64,000 nucleotides of DNA from the NCBI GenBank assembly GCA_965248265.1, contig CBDFJF010000001.1:160001-224000 (forward strand). Reading direction: 5' to 3'. Each line of letters starts with the position of its first letter. Position 1 is the first letter of the stretch. The translations under genes were made by a program, and so were the position numbers. Positions 1 through 11,335 of this stretch are shown here, piece after piece. A model generated the notes under the pieces. The model saw only the letters and a list, made by a program, of their open reading frames with translations. It had not been told where the DNA came from and ran no database searches. This DNA is from Candidatus Latescibacterota bacterium. GTDB lineage: Bacteria; Latescibacterota; UBA2968; UBA8231.

Positions 1-2059
1 GCAGGTACAGGACACTCATTCCGTAGACGATGAGGCGTGGAATCGTGAAGCTGAGGTTCGATCCGCTCGTTTCGTGTTCCAGCACAACCGGCTCTCGCAT
101 CTCCGGATAGCGCCACTCCACCCGCTCTACCTGAAAACCGTCCGGGACCTCACACTCGGCCTGCAGCGGCCCGATTGGAATCGGTATTTCGATAGCGGCC
201 TCCTCGTCCTGTCGGTAGTTGATCCAGTGCAGGACCAGAGCGTCAACTGCGTGCGGACGCCATGCCCGCACACGCACGAACCAGGGGGCATCCGTGACGA
301 GCCGGGGGCCGCCGACGAGCTGTTCCAACTCCGTCAGGAACTGTTGACCAAAGGTGTCGTCCTCGAGCCTGGGGTTGATGGGCATCTCGGCGTCGAGTCC
401 CTTGATCAACACCATTTCCGGGCGCCAGGGGCCTGTCGGAATGTGCATCATCCGACCGCGACCAGATTCTACGAGAGCTGCGATCGATCCGACGGCGGGT
501 GCTCCACGCCATGCCTGGAGCAGTGGCTCCTCGTGCGCCGACCCGTCTGTGTCGCGACGGCCCGTATTGCCGGTGAACACCAGAGAGCCGCCGGCGCGGA
601 CAAACTCCTGTAACCGTTCGCCCTCTGCAGCGCTCAGCCGCTCAACGTCCGGCAATATCAGCACATCGTAATCACCGGCGCGCTCCATCAGCTGTTCGTC
701 GAGGATGATGTCGAAGAGCCAGTGCCCGCTCTCCAGGAGCTGTCCCAGTCTCTTGAGTGCGTCGAGGCAGTCCATCTCCGCCAGCAACTCGGCTCTTCTA
801 GGGTAGACCAGGGCTATTTGGGACCACGACATCGCCGGGTGGAGTAACTCCTCCTGGGCCGCCATGAACCGCTGGTACCGAATGACGGGGCCATAGTAGT
901 CCTCCGGCGCTACGTTGCCGCTATCTTCCTCCTCCAGCCCAGGCGGCCCGGAATGAAAAGCCACTGCCGTCCCGTGGTGAGCGCATGCCTCGGCCACCAA
1001 CACTCGCCAGCGCCGGTAGTCGTACTTGTTTATGACGAAGGGTCGGCCTCCCCCGGCGGCGTACATGAAGCGGGCGGGCAGGCCCATATCGGCCAGGTAC
1101 CCCTGAGAAAGTGAGCTGCCCCATTTGTAGCGTCCCTGACTGTACCAGATAAAATCCTCACCCTTCGCCCACAAATCCCGAGGTAGCAGGCTGCGCTCGT
1201 CTTGGGGTTTGAAATCGTACTTGTGATACCACTGGGCTAGCAGCAGCCCCGGTTTGAGAGAACGGCCGTATCCGGCGAAGATTTCGTCGAACGACTCTTT
1301 GCGCCGGTACGCGGCCCCCTGGCTGAGGATAAACTCCAAATGAGCCTGCGCCTCCTTGGAACAGTCAGGCCCCGGTGAGAGGAGATCCGTTACCTGCTCA
1401 AGATCGGCGTTACCGTAAATATGCTGGAGTTCCTCCTCCTGCAGCCGCGTACGGAGCCACGAGCTGGCGTATTGCCGACAGTGTCGGCAGTGGCAGAAGG
1501 ACTCGAAGTGGTAGGTCGCGTTAAAGCCGTCGAGCCCAATTTCGATTCCCTTCCGCACCATGGCCTTGAGGACATCGAGCCACAGAGGGTTGTACATGCA
1601 GCCGTGATATACGCGATACGGCCAACCCTTTGTGCTCTGCCACTTGAGCGAACCGTCTAGGTTCCGCTGCGATACTTCCTGGGCTCCACCACACGGCGGT
1701 GAGCCCAAGAGGTCGTCAGTCCACAGGTGCTGCCAGGTCTCGCCAAACAGACCTCGCCCCCTCTCGTGGTCACCGAGGAACATGGCAGTCGAAAAATGGC
1801 CGACGACTTGCGCACCGGCCACATGTATCTGCAGAATTACATCCGCCGCGAGTTCCAGGTTGGCCTTCGTGCCGACTAGTGGCATTCCCACCCACCATCG
1901 CTGGACCTTGTCGTCCTCAGCGAGCGAATAGAAATCCGCCCCAAAGTGCCCGACCTGCACTACCTGTATCTGCGCACGGCGAACGTGATCGACGACCTGG
2001 TCCACCTTGGGTAGTATCCAGTGTTCGATGATACGGCTGATGTGGCGATACTCGTCCAT
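1..2059 (-). CDS. Glycoside hydrolase-like protein (TIM barrel + beta-galactosidase trimerisation/GATase-like domain); runs off window start
   Basis: Absent from the ORF track because it has no stop in the window. Manual translation from ATG 2059 stays open to position 2: MDEYRHISRIIEHW...FCHCRHC...YDVLILPDVERLSAAEGERLQEFVRAGGSLVFTG...VLHWINY...IVYGMSVLYL. Confidence 0.75.
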   Translation of the reverse strand, partial: MDEYRHISRIIEHWILPKVDQVVDHVRRAQIQVVQVGHFGADFYSLAEDDKVQRWWVGMPLVGTKANLELAADVILQIHVAGAQVVGHFSTAMFLGDHERGRGLFGETWQHLWTDDLLGSPPCGGAQEVSQRNLDGSLKWQSTKGWPYRVYHGCMYNPLWLDVLKAMVRKGIEIGLDGFNATYHFESFCHCRHCRQYASSWLRTRLQEEELQHIYGNADLEQVTDLLSPGPDCSKEAQAHLEFILSQGAAYRRKESFDEIFAGYGRSLKPGLLLAQWYHKYDFKPQDERSLLPRDLWAKGEDFIWYSQGRYKWGSSLSQGYLADMGLPARFMYAAGGGRPFVINKYDYRRWRVLVAEACAHHGTAVAFHSGPPGLEEEDSGNVAPEDYYGPVIRYQRFMAAQEELLHPAMSWSQIALVYPRRAELLAEMDCLDALKRLGQLLESGHWLFDIILDEQLMERAGDYDVLILPDVERLSAAEGERLQEFVRAGGSLVFTGNTGRRDTDGSAHEEPLLQAWRGAPAVGSIAALVESGRGRMMHIPTGPWRPEMVLIKGLDAEMPINPRLEDDTFGQQFLTELEQLVGGPRLVTDAPWFVRVRAWRPHAVDALVLHWINYRQDEEAAIEIPIPIGPLQAECEVPDGFQVERVEWRYPEMREPVVLEHETSGSNLSFTIPRLIVYGMSVLYL

Positions 2060-2259
2060 TTCTCTGCCTTGGTTAGATGCCAATCTGAACCTCACCGCGG
2101 CGCGAACAGTCGCGCGTGGTGAACATCCCAGGCAGCCAGGTGCGCCAGGAGGCCGCTGCGTTCATATTCATGCTCGCCGCGCATCGCGCTCCCCGACTGC
2201 GGTGCATGCGTGGCCTGCAAGCAGACACGACACTAGCTGCGTTGTTCAAAAGCCTCGCA

Positions 2260-2414
2260 ACGGTGATCGGGGATACACCTCATCCATACAACTGGAAAGC
2301 GGCCGCATCTTCACGACAAGCTACGCGAAAAACGCCCGCGGCATTACTGAAATCCACGGGGACTCTTGGGATTTGCCGTGGGCCTTATTGGTGCGTTCGG
2401 AAAGCGGTGTCTGA
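2260..2414 (+). pseudogene. C-terminal fragment of a sialidase/BNR-like propeller protein
   Basis: GDRGYTSSIQLESGRIFTTSY resembles the last blade (DxGYxSxxxLxDGxIxxxYY) of sialidase-family proteins; no credible N-terminus. Confidence 0.4.
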
Positions 2415-2574
2415 TGGCCTTTTCCGTTTATCTGAGCAGACTCCTGAGCGCCCACCGAAATGAAAATCGACCCCCAGCAGGCCAGACCCGATTCAGCATG
2501 GTCCAAACGGGAAGGCTTACCCCGGCGTAGACAAATCACCCAATCGTGTTAATGTGTTCCATTTGCATAGCCGG

Positions 2575-3500
2575 TCAATAGACAACAGAAACGATGCCGG
2601 TTCGCTCATCACCTCTCTCGACTTTGATTGCTAATCTGTATACATAGGTGCCGGGCGGGACCAGCGCACCAGAACTATCGTGCCCATTCCATTCAAAGTG
2701 GAACTGGCCGCTTGCACCAATTATGGGAGGAAGCTCCGTTATCGGCATGCCTGCAAGATCGAGGACCTGCAGCGTTGCTACTCGCTTCTCCGTGACGTCG
2801 CGAAGTCCGTAGGCGATAGTTACCGTCTCGTTGATGCCATCCCCATTCGGCGTGAAGGGGTTGGGAGATACATCCACATTGACCAACAGGTCACCAACCA
2901 ACGGGGTAGTCACGCTGAGGGAGTTGCCGGAGAACCGGAATGTTGCATTACCCGGTTTGATCTGCTGCACGAATCGGTCGGGATCTGTGCTGGTGAACAC
3001 GCCCCTCTGAATTCCGTGCCAAAACGCAACACAGAGACGTCGAAGACGACCTCGATCTGTTTGGCACTATCCTCTTCGCCCTTGAGTTTGGGAAAACCTA
3101 CCACGACCCGGTCCTCCTGTATGATAGGCGGGAACATACTTCGGTCGACGTCCACACCGTCGACCTTGATCGACCGGATCGTATCGACGCGGGCATGAGT
3201 CAAGATTTCCAAGCGATCGAACCCCTCATTGCTCTCCAGAAGTGTGGGACTTACCGCGTAGGTAAAGGTGGTTGGTTCGAACGAATCTACCTTGGATGGC
3301 CAAACCTCCCCCACAATTTCGTCGGCTGCAAAGTCCTCTTCTAAGCGCAGCGTCAACTCGTCGAGCCGCGGCGCTGAGTTGAGTGTGGCCCGGAACTTGA
3401 TCTCGATCTGGACGTACCGGCTCCTTGGGAGAGAAAGAAAGGATGTCCCGTCCTTCCAGACCTCGGGGAAAAAAGTCGAATTGCGGAGGCTGGTCTGAAA
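2575..3500 (-). pseudogene. 5'-truncated, frameshifted large secreted protein with C-terminal FlgD Ig-like domain
   Basis: SRYVQIEIKF...VLRFGTEFRG continues after a one-base shift in the G run at about 3001-3005 into VFTSTDPD...PNPFTPNGDGINE...WNGHDSSGALVPPGTYVYRL. No start or signal peptide. Confidence 0.7.
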
Positions 3501-3656
3501 GACAATGGCGAGTCGAAGTACAGTGGTGCCTGGTCAATTTCTCCCGGACCGGACAACTGGCCGGAAGTCGACTTCGTGATGGCGGAGTTGGAGGACGTTG
3601 ACTTTATGACCGCGATCGAGGACAAGACCTGGGGTACTATCAAGGCCGGCCTATAA
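3495..3656 (+). pseudogene. C-terminal fragment of a secreted protein with a TWGxIK tail
   Basis: Manual translation ...GAWSISPGPDNWPEVDFVMAELEDVDFMTAIEDKTWGTIKAGL*; abuts the truncated FlgD gene back-to-back. Confidence 0.55.
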
Positions 3657-3731
3657 ATCAATAAGATCGTCGGACTCTGGAAAAACGCGGGTCTCTTCGA
3701 TCCTGCTGTTTTCCGCTGACGTTCCTCAACC

Positions 3732-3783
3732 GACCTCTGTTTCGTTCCCGAAGGCGGGAGTGAGACAGGGGTCTCTCTATTTC
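3732..3783 (+). terminator. Long stem-loop, probable intrinsic terminator between convergent genes
   Basis: GACCTCTGTTTCGTTCCCG-aagg-CGGGAGTGAGACAGGGGTC (with G-U pairs) followed by a pyrimidine-rich tail. Confidence 0.5.
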
Positions 3784-3820
3784 ACTGGACACCTGCCGAT
3801 CGGTGACCTGACATTGTGGC

Positions 3821-4873
3821 TTATCCACTCTGCTGCTCGGGGAAAGGGGCCCGCAGATCGTAGCGTCCTTCCTTCAGGACCGGTAAGGTGTCGTCTGCGA
3901 CCATCATGTCCAAGGGGCACTCGCGCGTCGTCAACGGCATGGTCACGACGCCCTTGATGCGCAGGGACTCGAAGATCGCCATCATGATCTCAAGCGTGTA
4001 ACGCGCCTGCCCGGCGTTGCTGCGGTGGCTTTCTACCCGGCCTTCGATCCAGTCGATTAACTCTTGATACTGATCGGTGGAAACGGGCGGGGGTTCGATC
4101 TCTCGCCAATCACCCTTGGCATCGCGATGCAGCATCAGTTTGCCCTCCTCTCCCCGGGCGATCTTGCCTTCCGTGCCGGTAATCTCGGGCATCGAGATCA
4201 CCGGGCCCGGCAGATCGCCTTCATAGATCCCACGAGCCCCACCTTCGAAACAGACCAATCCCATGCATAGATCCTCGCACCTGCTGCGTCGCTCCCAGCG
4301 ATCGGTGGTGCGGCTGACTTGGCCGATGACCCAGAGTGTTTCGGGGTCCGAGAGGTAATAGCGCCATGAGTCGATGGCGTGAGTGGCGGTGTTGAGCAGC
4401 CCGGCGTCGGGTTTGGCGATGTAGTGGACGATCCGCGGTTCGCCGATGGCGCCGGCTGCAACCAGGCGGCGAATCTCATTCAGGTCCGGGTCGAAGCGCC
4501 TATTGTGGCCGATGGCGAGCTTGACGTCGTGCTCGTCGCAGGCGGCGATCATGTCGTCGGCGTTGCCGAGATTGTCGGCGATGGGTTTTTCGCCGAGGAT
4601 TGCCTTTACCCCGGCTTCAGCGGCGGCGACGGTGGCCGCCGCGCGCGCGCCCTGCCAGGTAGGGATGCTGACGATGTCGAGATTCTCATTTTCCAGCATT
4701 TCGTCGTAGTCGGTGTAGGCCGCCGGCACCGAATACTCTGCGGCCAAGCGTTGGGCTGACTCCTGCGAGATGTCCGTGGCCGCCATGACCTCGGCATCGT
4801 CGCGTTGGCTCCAGCTTCTGGCGTGCGAACGGCCCATGGCGCCGCAGCCGATGATTCCCACTCGATAAGTCAT
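3821..4873 (-). CDS. Gfo/Idh/MocA family oxidoreductase
   Basis: MTYRVGIIGCGAMG Rossmann motif, EKP motif, GHNRRF; start reassigned to ATG 4873. Confidence 0.9.
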   Translation of the reverse strand: MTYRVGIIGCGAMGRSHARSWSQRDDAEVMAATDISQESAQRLAAEYSVPAAYTDYDEMLENENLDIVSIPTWQGARAAATVAAAEAGVKAILGEKPIADNLGNADDMIAACDEHDVKLAIGHNRRFDPDLNEIRRLVAAGAIGEPRIVHYIAKPDAGLLNTATHAIDSWRYYLSDPETLWVIGQVSRTTDRWERRSRCEDLCMGLVCFEGGARGIYEGDLPGPVISMPEITGTEGKIARGEEGKLMLHRDAKGDWREIEPPPVSTDQYQELIDWIEGRVESHRSNAGQARYTLEIMMAIFESLRIKGVVTMPLTTRECPLDMMVADDTLPVLKEGRYDLRAPFPEQQSG

Positions 4874-5009
4874 TGGCTTGTGTTCCCCCCGTGGATGGTG
4901 AGCGCCATCAACATCAACGCCAAGATAGCGCATCGACGGTAGCATTAGTAGGTGTCAGCCTGAACACATTGACGGGTAAACGCGAAGGCGTTTATGTTCC
5001 CGAATCACC

Positions 5010-6086
5010 ATGGGCACCCCATCTGAGCGATCGGCTTCCTATCCGCTGCGCGCGGTTCCCGGGTACTACGGCACCCATTCCGGCATTCAGATCGGCACCT
5101 ACGTCCCGGCGCTGGCCGGCGACGACGAGCTGCGATTCCTTCAGCAGCTCGGCGTCGAGTGGGCGATGCTCGCCGTGCCCGACCAATCGCTTCACAGCGT
5201 GGCGAACTACAAGGCCTGGATTGACCGGTTTGCGCGCTTCGACATCCAGATCTACCGCATCGCGAACCAGAGCGTGCACAACATGGAGGCGGTCACTCTC
5301 GGGCTCGATGCCCGGGACCGCAAGATCGACGAGTTCATCGCCTTCATCCGCGACCTCAGCGCTGCGGGCATCCACTACAACACCTACGCGCACATGGCGA
5401 GCGGCACCTGGACTTCCGGCCTGACCACCGGGCGTGGCGGCATCGAGGCGCGCACGCTGGACCTGCGCGACGCATGGGGGCGCTGGGACGGCAAGCGATT
5501 CGATGGCGAACTGCCTCACGGGCGCCGCTATACTGAGGACGAACTGTGGGACAACTACGCCCACTTCATCGCCAGGGTGGCGCCGGTGGCTGAGGACGCG
5601 GGGGTGTACATCGGTATCCACCCGGATGATCCGCCGGTGTACCCGCTCGGCGGGGTACCCCGGTGCATCTTTGGCACGTTTTCCGGCTACCAGCGGGCGC
5701 TGGAAATCGCCGCCAGCGACCACATCGGCGTGTGTCTTTGCGTCGGCTGCTGGCTGGAGGGAGGTGCCGCTGGTATGGGTGCCGACGTGGTCGAGGCCAT
5801 TCACACGTTCGGCAAGCAGGGCAAGCTGTTCAAAGTGCACTTTCGCAATGTGACCAACCCGCTGCCGGAGCCGTGGCGAGAGACACTGATGGACGAGGGC
5901 TACATGGACATGTCGCTGGTGATGGAGGCGCTGGGCGAGGTCGGATTCGACGGCTGCGCCATCCCGGACCACATCCCGAGTATGACCGGCGCGGGCGGCG
6001 ACCAGGCAGGCCTTGGTTATTCCATCGGCTACATGCGGGCTCTGACACAGGCGGTCAACACGCTGGCGCCACGCGCGCCGCCGTGA
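5010..6086 (+). CDS. Mannonate dehydratase (UxuA-like) family protein
   Basis: ELWDNYAHFIARVAPVAEDAGVYIGIHPDDPP, KVHFRNV, DEGYMDM, IPDHIP, GYMRAL motifs. Confidence 0.85.
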   Translation: MGTPSERSASYPLRAVPGYYGTHSGIQIGTYVPALAGDDELRFLQQLGVEWAMLAVPDQSLHSVANYKAWIDRFARFDIQIYRIANQSVHNMEAVTLGLDARDRKIDEFIAFIRDLSAAGIHYNTYAHMASGTWTSGLTTGRGGIEARTLDLRDAWGRWDGKRFDGELPHGRRYTEDELWDNYAHFIARVAPVAEDAGVYIGIHPDDPPVYPLGGVPRCIFGTFSGYQRALEIAASDHIGVCLCVGCWLEGGAAGMGADVVEAIHTFGKQGKLFKVHFRNVTNPLPEPWRETLMDEGYMDMSLVMEALGEVGFDGCAIPDHIPSMTGAGGDQAGLGYSIGYMRALTQAVNTLAPRAPP

Positions 6087-6132
6087 TCGACCTGCGCCCC
6101 AAGCGCCGCCCGGCACTCCAAGAGCCAATACG

Positions 6133-7029
6133 ATGCGTGTAGCGGTAACCGGTGCTCTGGGACGCGCCGGCCGCTGGATCGTCCCGGAACTGGTCGCGGC
6201 GGATCACGAGGTGATCGGGGTGGACCTCCCTCCCCGGGCGGAGCTATCCGGTGCCCGCTACCGGCAGGCCGACGTCAACGAGTACGCCGAGACTCTGTTC
6301 GCCTTCGAGGGTGTCGACGCGGTGGTGCACCTGGCACGCGCCAGCCCGCATGCCAGCCCCAACGCGGTATTTCGCATCAATACGATGACCACCTGGAACG
6401 TGCTGCAGGCGGCCGAGGAGCTCGGCCTCGGCAAGCTCGTGCTGGCCTCATCGGTCAATGCCATCGGCGCGGCATTCAACCTGATGCGAACGCCGCCGGA
6501 ATACTTCCCGATCGACGAACAGCATTCGACCCGCGCCCAAGACCCTTACAGCATCAGCAAATGGGCCGGTGAGCAGATCGCCGACGGATTCGCACGACGG
6601 CTCGCGGCGCAGGGTCGCACCATACAGATCGCCAGCTTCCGCCTGCACGCGCTGCTCGACGACGAGCGCGTCGCACGCGCCGGTGCCGAGCGCGGCGACC
6701 CCGAACAGCACGCTGCAGATTTCTGGAGCTATACCAGCCTTCGCGAATGCGCTCGGGCCTGCCAGCAGGCCCTGAAGTCGTCGTGGCGGGGGCACGAGGT
6801 GTTCATGGTAAACGCCGCCGACACGACGCTGAGCATTCCGACTGAGCAGGCCATCGCGCAATGCTACCCGGGCGTGCCGATGCGCCGGCCGCTGCCTGGC
6901 TTCGCCTCGGCATTGGACACCCGCAAGGCCCTTCACTTCTTCTCAGATCAGGGTCCCCACGTTCAAACTTTCGCAAAAGGAGGTGCCGGGGTCTGGCACC
7001 TCCCCCGAGCGGTTGCACTCAGAAGTTGA
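6133..7029 (+). CDS. NAD-dependent epimerase/dehydratase; C-terminus probably replaced by foreign DNA after about 6930
   Basis: VTGALGRAG, ASSVNA, YSISK. The tail after ALDTRKA is translated from the mobile-element motif at 6947-6996. Confidence 0.85.
   Translation: MRVAVTGALGRAGRWIVPELVAADHEVIGVDLPPRAELSGARYRQADVNEYAETLFAFEGVDAVVHLARASPHASPNAVFRINTMTTWNVLQAAEELGLGKLVLASSVNAIGAAFNLMRTPPEYFPIDEQHSTRAQDPYSISKWAGEQIADGFARRLAAQGRTIQIASFRLHALLDDERVARAGAERGDPEQHAADFWSYTSLRECARACQQALKSSWRGHEVFMVNAADTTLSIPTEQAIAQCYPGVPMRRPLPGFASALDTRKALHFFSDQGPHVQTFAKGGAGVWHLPRAVALRS
6947..6996. repeat. Element-end motif P, copy 1
   Basis: ATCAGGGTCCCCACGTTCA...CAAAAGGAGGTGCCGGGGTCTGG matches 34246-34306 and 43375-43432. 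Confidence 0.7.
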
Positions 7030-7909
7030 ACACGAAGTCGATGTACGGAACTCCAGGAAAAAAGGCATCTTCACCCATCGGAGTGAAGAAGGCCAGGTCG
7101 ACGCTCAGAGCTTGTCCGAAAAAGCGGATCCCATAGGAAATCACGGGCTGATCCACTTTGGCGAACATCCAGTTCTCCGTGACAAACGCCATACGTCTCG
7201 ATATTCGCTTCTCCCCTCCAAGCATCAGCATCGGGTTTTCGGCCAGATCTCCATCGACAGATCCATAACCTAAGCCAGCAGTGATGCTGTTGTCCGCTGT
7301 CCCGTAGGTGGCTACCCCATAGAGAATGCGGACCAGCGATGACTCATGAGGCACTTTCACGAAGAGAGCTCCTGCCGCAACATTCAGATTCTTTGCCACC
7401 GTTGACCCGACTTTTGGTGAGAAATACAACATCTGGTCCATATAAGGAAACAGAGATATTCCACCTCCGATCGTGATGTGATCGGTCACTCCATATGCAA
7501 CGCCTGGAAAGAAGAGATAGTAGTCCGAAAAATAGCCCTGGCCGCGCTTCAGCATGCGCCCGGTGGGAGCAAAGTAGAGTCTTGTAGCGTTGGGGTTTGC
7601 GAACCAGTATCGCCCGTTTCGTAATGAAGATTGCGACACCTCACTCAGCTCATCTATTTCCGCGATAGGGATCGCTACCGTTCCAAAGGCTGTTTCGAAC
7701 TGGACATTATCCTCACCGATTCCCACGATGCGGCCAATATTCGTCGATCCGTCTTTCGCGGTTAGCATTTGAACACGGGTCGAATCGGAGATGCTCAGGC
7801 CTTGGATGACCGCCGTCTGTTCTTTGGCATGTGCTTCCTCTTTGGGGAGTGCAGCCAGGGCGATCCAAACACCCAGAAGGGTACCTGTGGTAGATGTCAT
7901 TTTGTTCAT
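7019..7909 (-). CDS. Secreted/outer-membrane beta-barrel-like hypothetical protein
   Basis: Signal-peptide-like N-terminus, GGAGG RBS, alternating beta-strand pattern, C-terminal YIDFVFNF ending in Phe. Confidence 0.7.
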   Translation of the reverse strand: MNKMTSTTGTLLGVWIALAALPKEEAHAKEQTAVIQGLSISDSTRVQMLTAKDGSTNIGRIVGIGEDNVQFETAFGTVAIPIAEIDELSEVSQSSLRNGRYWFANPNATRLYFAPTGRMLKRGQGYFSDYYLFFPGVAYGVTDHITIGGGISLFPYMDQMLYFSPKVGSTVAKNLNVAAGALFVKVPHESSLVRILYGVATYGTADNSITAGLGYGSVDGDLAENPMLMLGGEKRISRRMAFVTENWMFAKVDQPVISYGIRFFGQALSVDLAFFTPMGEDAFFPGVPYIDFVFNF

Positions 7910-8050
7910 GCTGGCCTCCATCGTACCCCATGGTTTGTCCTGTGCCCAACCGACCCACTTGTCGTTGAAGCCGTCCGTAACAGGCTTCGCATCTCCCGAA
8001 AGCGGGAGACCAACCCACCACGTAGATTACTCAAATTGGAATACAACAGG

Positions 8051-8065
8051 GCAATCTCCGTGCCA
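8051..8065 (-). promoter_or_regulatory. Sigma54 -24/-12 promoter upstream of the 7019-7909 gene
   Basis: Minus strand TGGCACG-GAGA-TTGC is an exact match to TGGCACG-N4-TTGC. Confidence 0.65.
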
Positions 8066-8216
8066 AAACAGATTCCCACTCATGCGCTCTCCAGGGGCAG
8101 GAAAACCACCTCTGCGAAGCGGGATGTGCCCTTGTCCGAGCCCGTAACTGCCCCAGTTTTATTGCACGTGAAAGCAAAGTCTTGCACCTTTCCCCCCTTC
8201 CGAATCCCAATGTTCA

Positions 8217-8232
8217 TGGCACACAGTTTGCA
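8217..8232 (+). promoter_or_regulatory. Sigma54 -24/-12 promoter (divergent)
   Basis: TGGCACA-CAGT-TTGCA, upstream of the IS3-disrupted ORF. Confidence 0.55.
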
Positions 8233-8417
8233 GTTCTCTTCGGCGTGAAAAGACGAATTGCTCCAGGCCGGGAATGGAGTGAGGACACACAAGTTGGTGG
8301 TGGTGAATAGGGGAAGCGGCATTCGGTACTGAGAGATAAATGCAATGAGCATACATGCTATAAGCTGTCAGGCCTGTCGGGGGAAGCTGAATCGCCCCGG
8401 GTTTTTCGGAGACTCGG

Positions 8418-9649
<1,232 letters not shown>

Positions 9650-10471
9650 GACTCCAATCCTCTCAAGAAATGGAGCCTCCGGCAACCCCGGGGCGATTCA
9701 AGCTGGGAATGCTATTAGTCCTTGTGCTACTTGTGAGCATAGCGAGCCAGCCTAGGAGTCGGGGTTAGAAGTTGGATGTTGGGGCTGCAAGTACCGTTGG
9801 GTGTCCGTATGTAGCAAAGGGGTGTTACCCAACCTGGCAGGCACTGGAAGAAAGACCGACCGCCAAGAGCCCGCTCTTCAGTTTTCTCTGTATGTAGACA
9901 ATTCTCGCACCATACGCGGTGAATTTGCGGGCGCTTCATCAGAGGGTAGAGTGTTCGTTGACGCAGACTGGTGATCCAAAGTCAGATGACGTGATCAAGA
10001 GCGAAGTAAAGTTGTTTGAACGCAAGGAGGAGTTCGTGCCTTACTTTCCTGAGGCGGAGTACGTATTCACAATGAAGAGAACGGCGGATAGAATCGTCCT
10101 CCTGGAAGGACACCCTGACATCTGTGATCGAGGGAGAGTCCCTGTGCAATGAGCCGGTTGTTCAACATGCTTGTGCATTGAAAGAGGCCGGGGACTCGGT
10201 GGCTGTTCTTTCCGATGGCCAGACATTTACAGGATCGTTCTGGAAAAATTAGCTGGGCGGGACTGTTCTGTTGACGCTTGAGATGTTCCTCAAGACTCTA
10301 TTTACCTTTCTCGTCGGCGCCGTTATGTGGACGGTGGCCATGGCCATCGTCGGCGCCATTACAGGAATTGGCATGGTCTGGCTGTTGCGACAACCAGCTC
10401 TCGATCATCGATGATGCCGACCCTCAACACTGCAGCTACACCCTGAACGAAAGAAACCTGGAGAAGCGACC

Positions 10472-11170
10472 ATGCGAGTACTGATCACGGGCGCCGGCGG
10501 CGCCATCGGATCCCACCTGGTAAAGGAGCTGGGGGAGCGCCATGAGCTGCGTGGCCTGGACTGCGTGGAAATGGAGGCACCCCAGGACGCGATCGTCGGT
10601 GACATCGGAGACCTGGATTTGTTGCTCGAGGCGACTGAGGGTATGGAGGCCGTAATCCACCTGGTCAGCGTGACCGGCGGGGACGAGTGGAGCAACGCCC
10701 TCAGGAGCAAGATCGGAATGTACAACACCTTCGAGGCAGCCAGACGCAACGGTGTGCGCCGCATTGCCGTCGCCAGCCGGGCGGGCGTGTTGTCGAGGGC
10801 CTACTACGGCAGCACCCGCAGGACACCTGATATGCTGCCGAAACCGGGCAACCTCTACACCATCACGAAAATATTCGCCGAGAGTATCGGGTATATGTAC
10901 GCGACTCGCTACGATATGGAGGTCGTGGCCCTGCGAATCGGCAACTTCCACAGAGACCGCGACCAGCCGACACACCCCCATCATCTCAGCCACGGCGATT
11001 GCGTCCGGGTCTTCGAGCAGGCCATCACGCATCCCGGCGTGCAGTACGAGGCCGTATTCGCGGTCTCGGACAGCAACTGGCCGTTATACGATCTTGAGCA
11101 CGGGCGCCAGGCGATTAACTACCATCCGCAGGATCGCTCGGAAGTTCCCGAGGAAGAGCAGGTTTGGTAA
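10472..11170 (+). CDS. NAD-dependent epimerase/dehydratase (uronate dehydrogenase-like)
   Basis: ITGAGGAIG, YTITK, LRIG, LSHGDC. Confidence 0.85.
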   Translation: MRVLITGAGGAIGSHLVKELGERHELRGLDCVEMEAPQDAIVGDIGDLDLLLEATEGMEAVIHLVSVTGGDEWSNALRSKIGMYNTFEAARRNGVRRIAVASRAGVLSRAYYGSTRRTPDMLPKPGNLYTITKIFAESIGYMYATRYDMEVVALRIGNFHRDRDQPTHPHHLSHGDCVRVFEQAITHPGVQYEAVFAVSDSNWPLYDLEHGRQAINYHPQDRSEVPEEEQVW

Positions 11171-11335
11171 CACGATGGGTGGGTGAAGATCGGCCGTCAG
11201 AGGAACGGCCGCTCGGAACCTTGTCAATTGTAGGGCTTGCTTGAATCCAACGCTCGGGCTGCCAATAATTGAGGGCATCCGGATGTTCTCTCAGATCCCC
11301 TTTCTTGTTTCGCCCGCTCGCCGATACAGAGCTTG

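Noticed and set aside
9766-9897. Two in-frame TAG codons as stop recoding or pyrrolysine readthrough
   Set aside because: TAG terminates many intact genes in this window, and the ORF is already IS-disrupted; decay is the simpler explanation.
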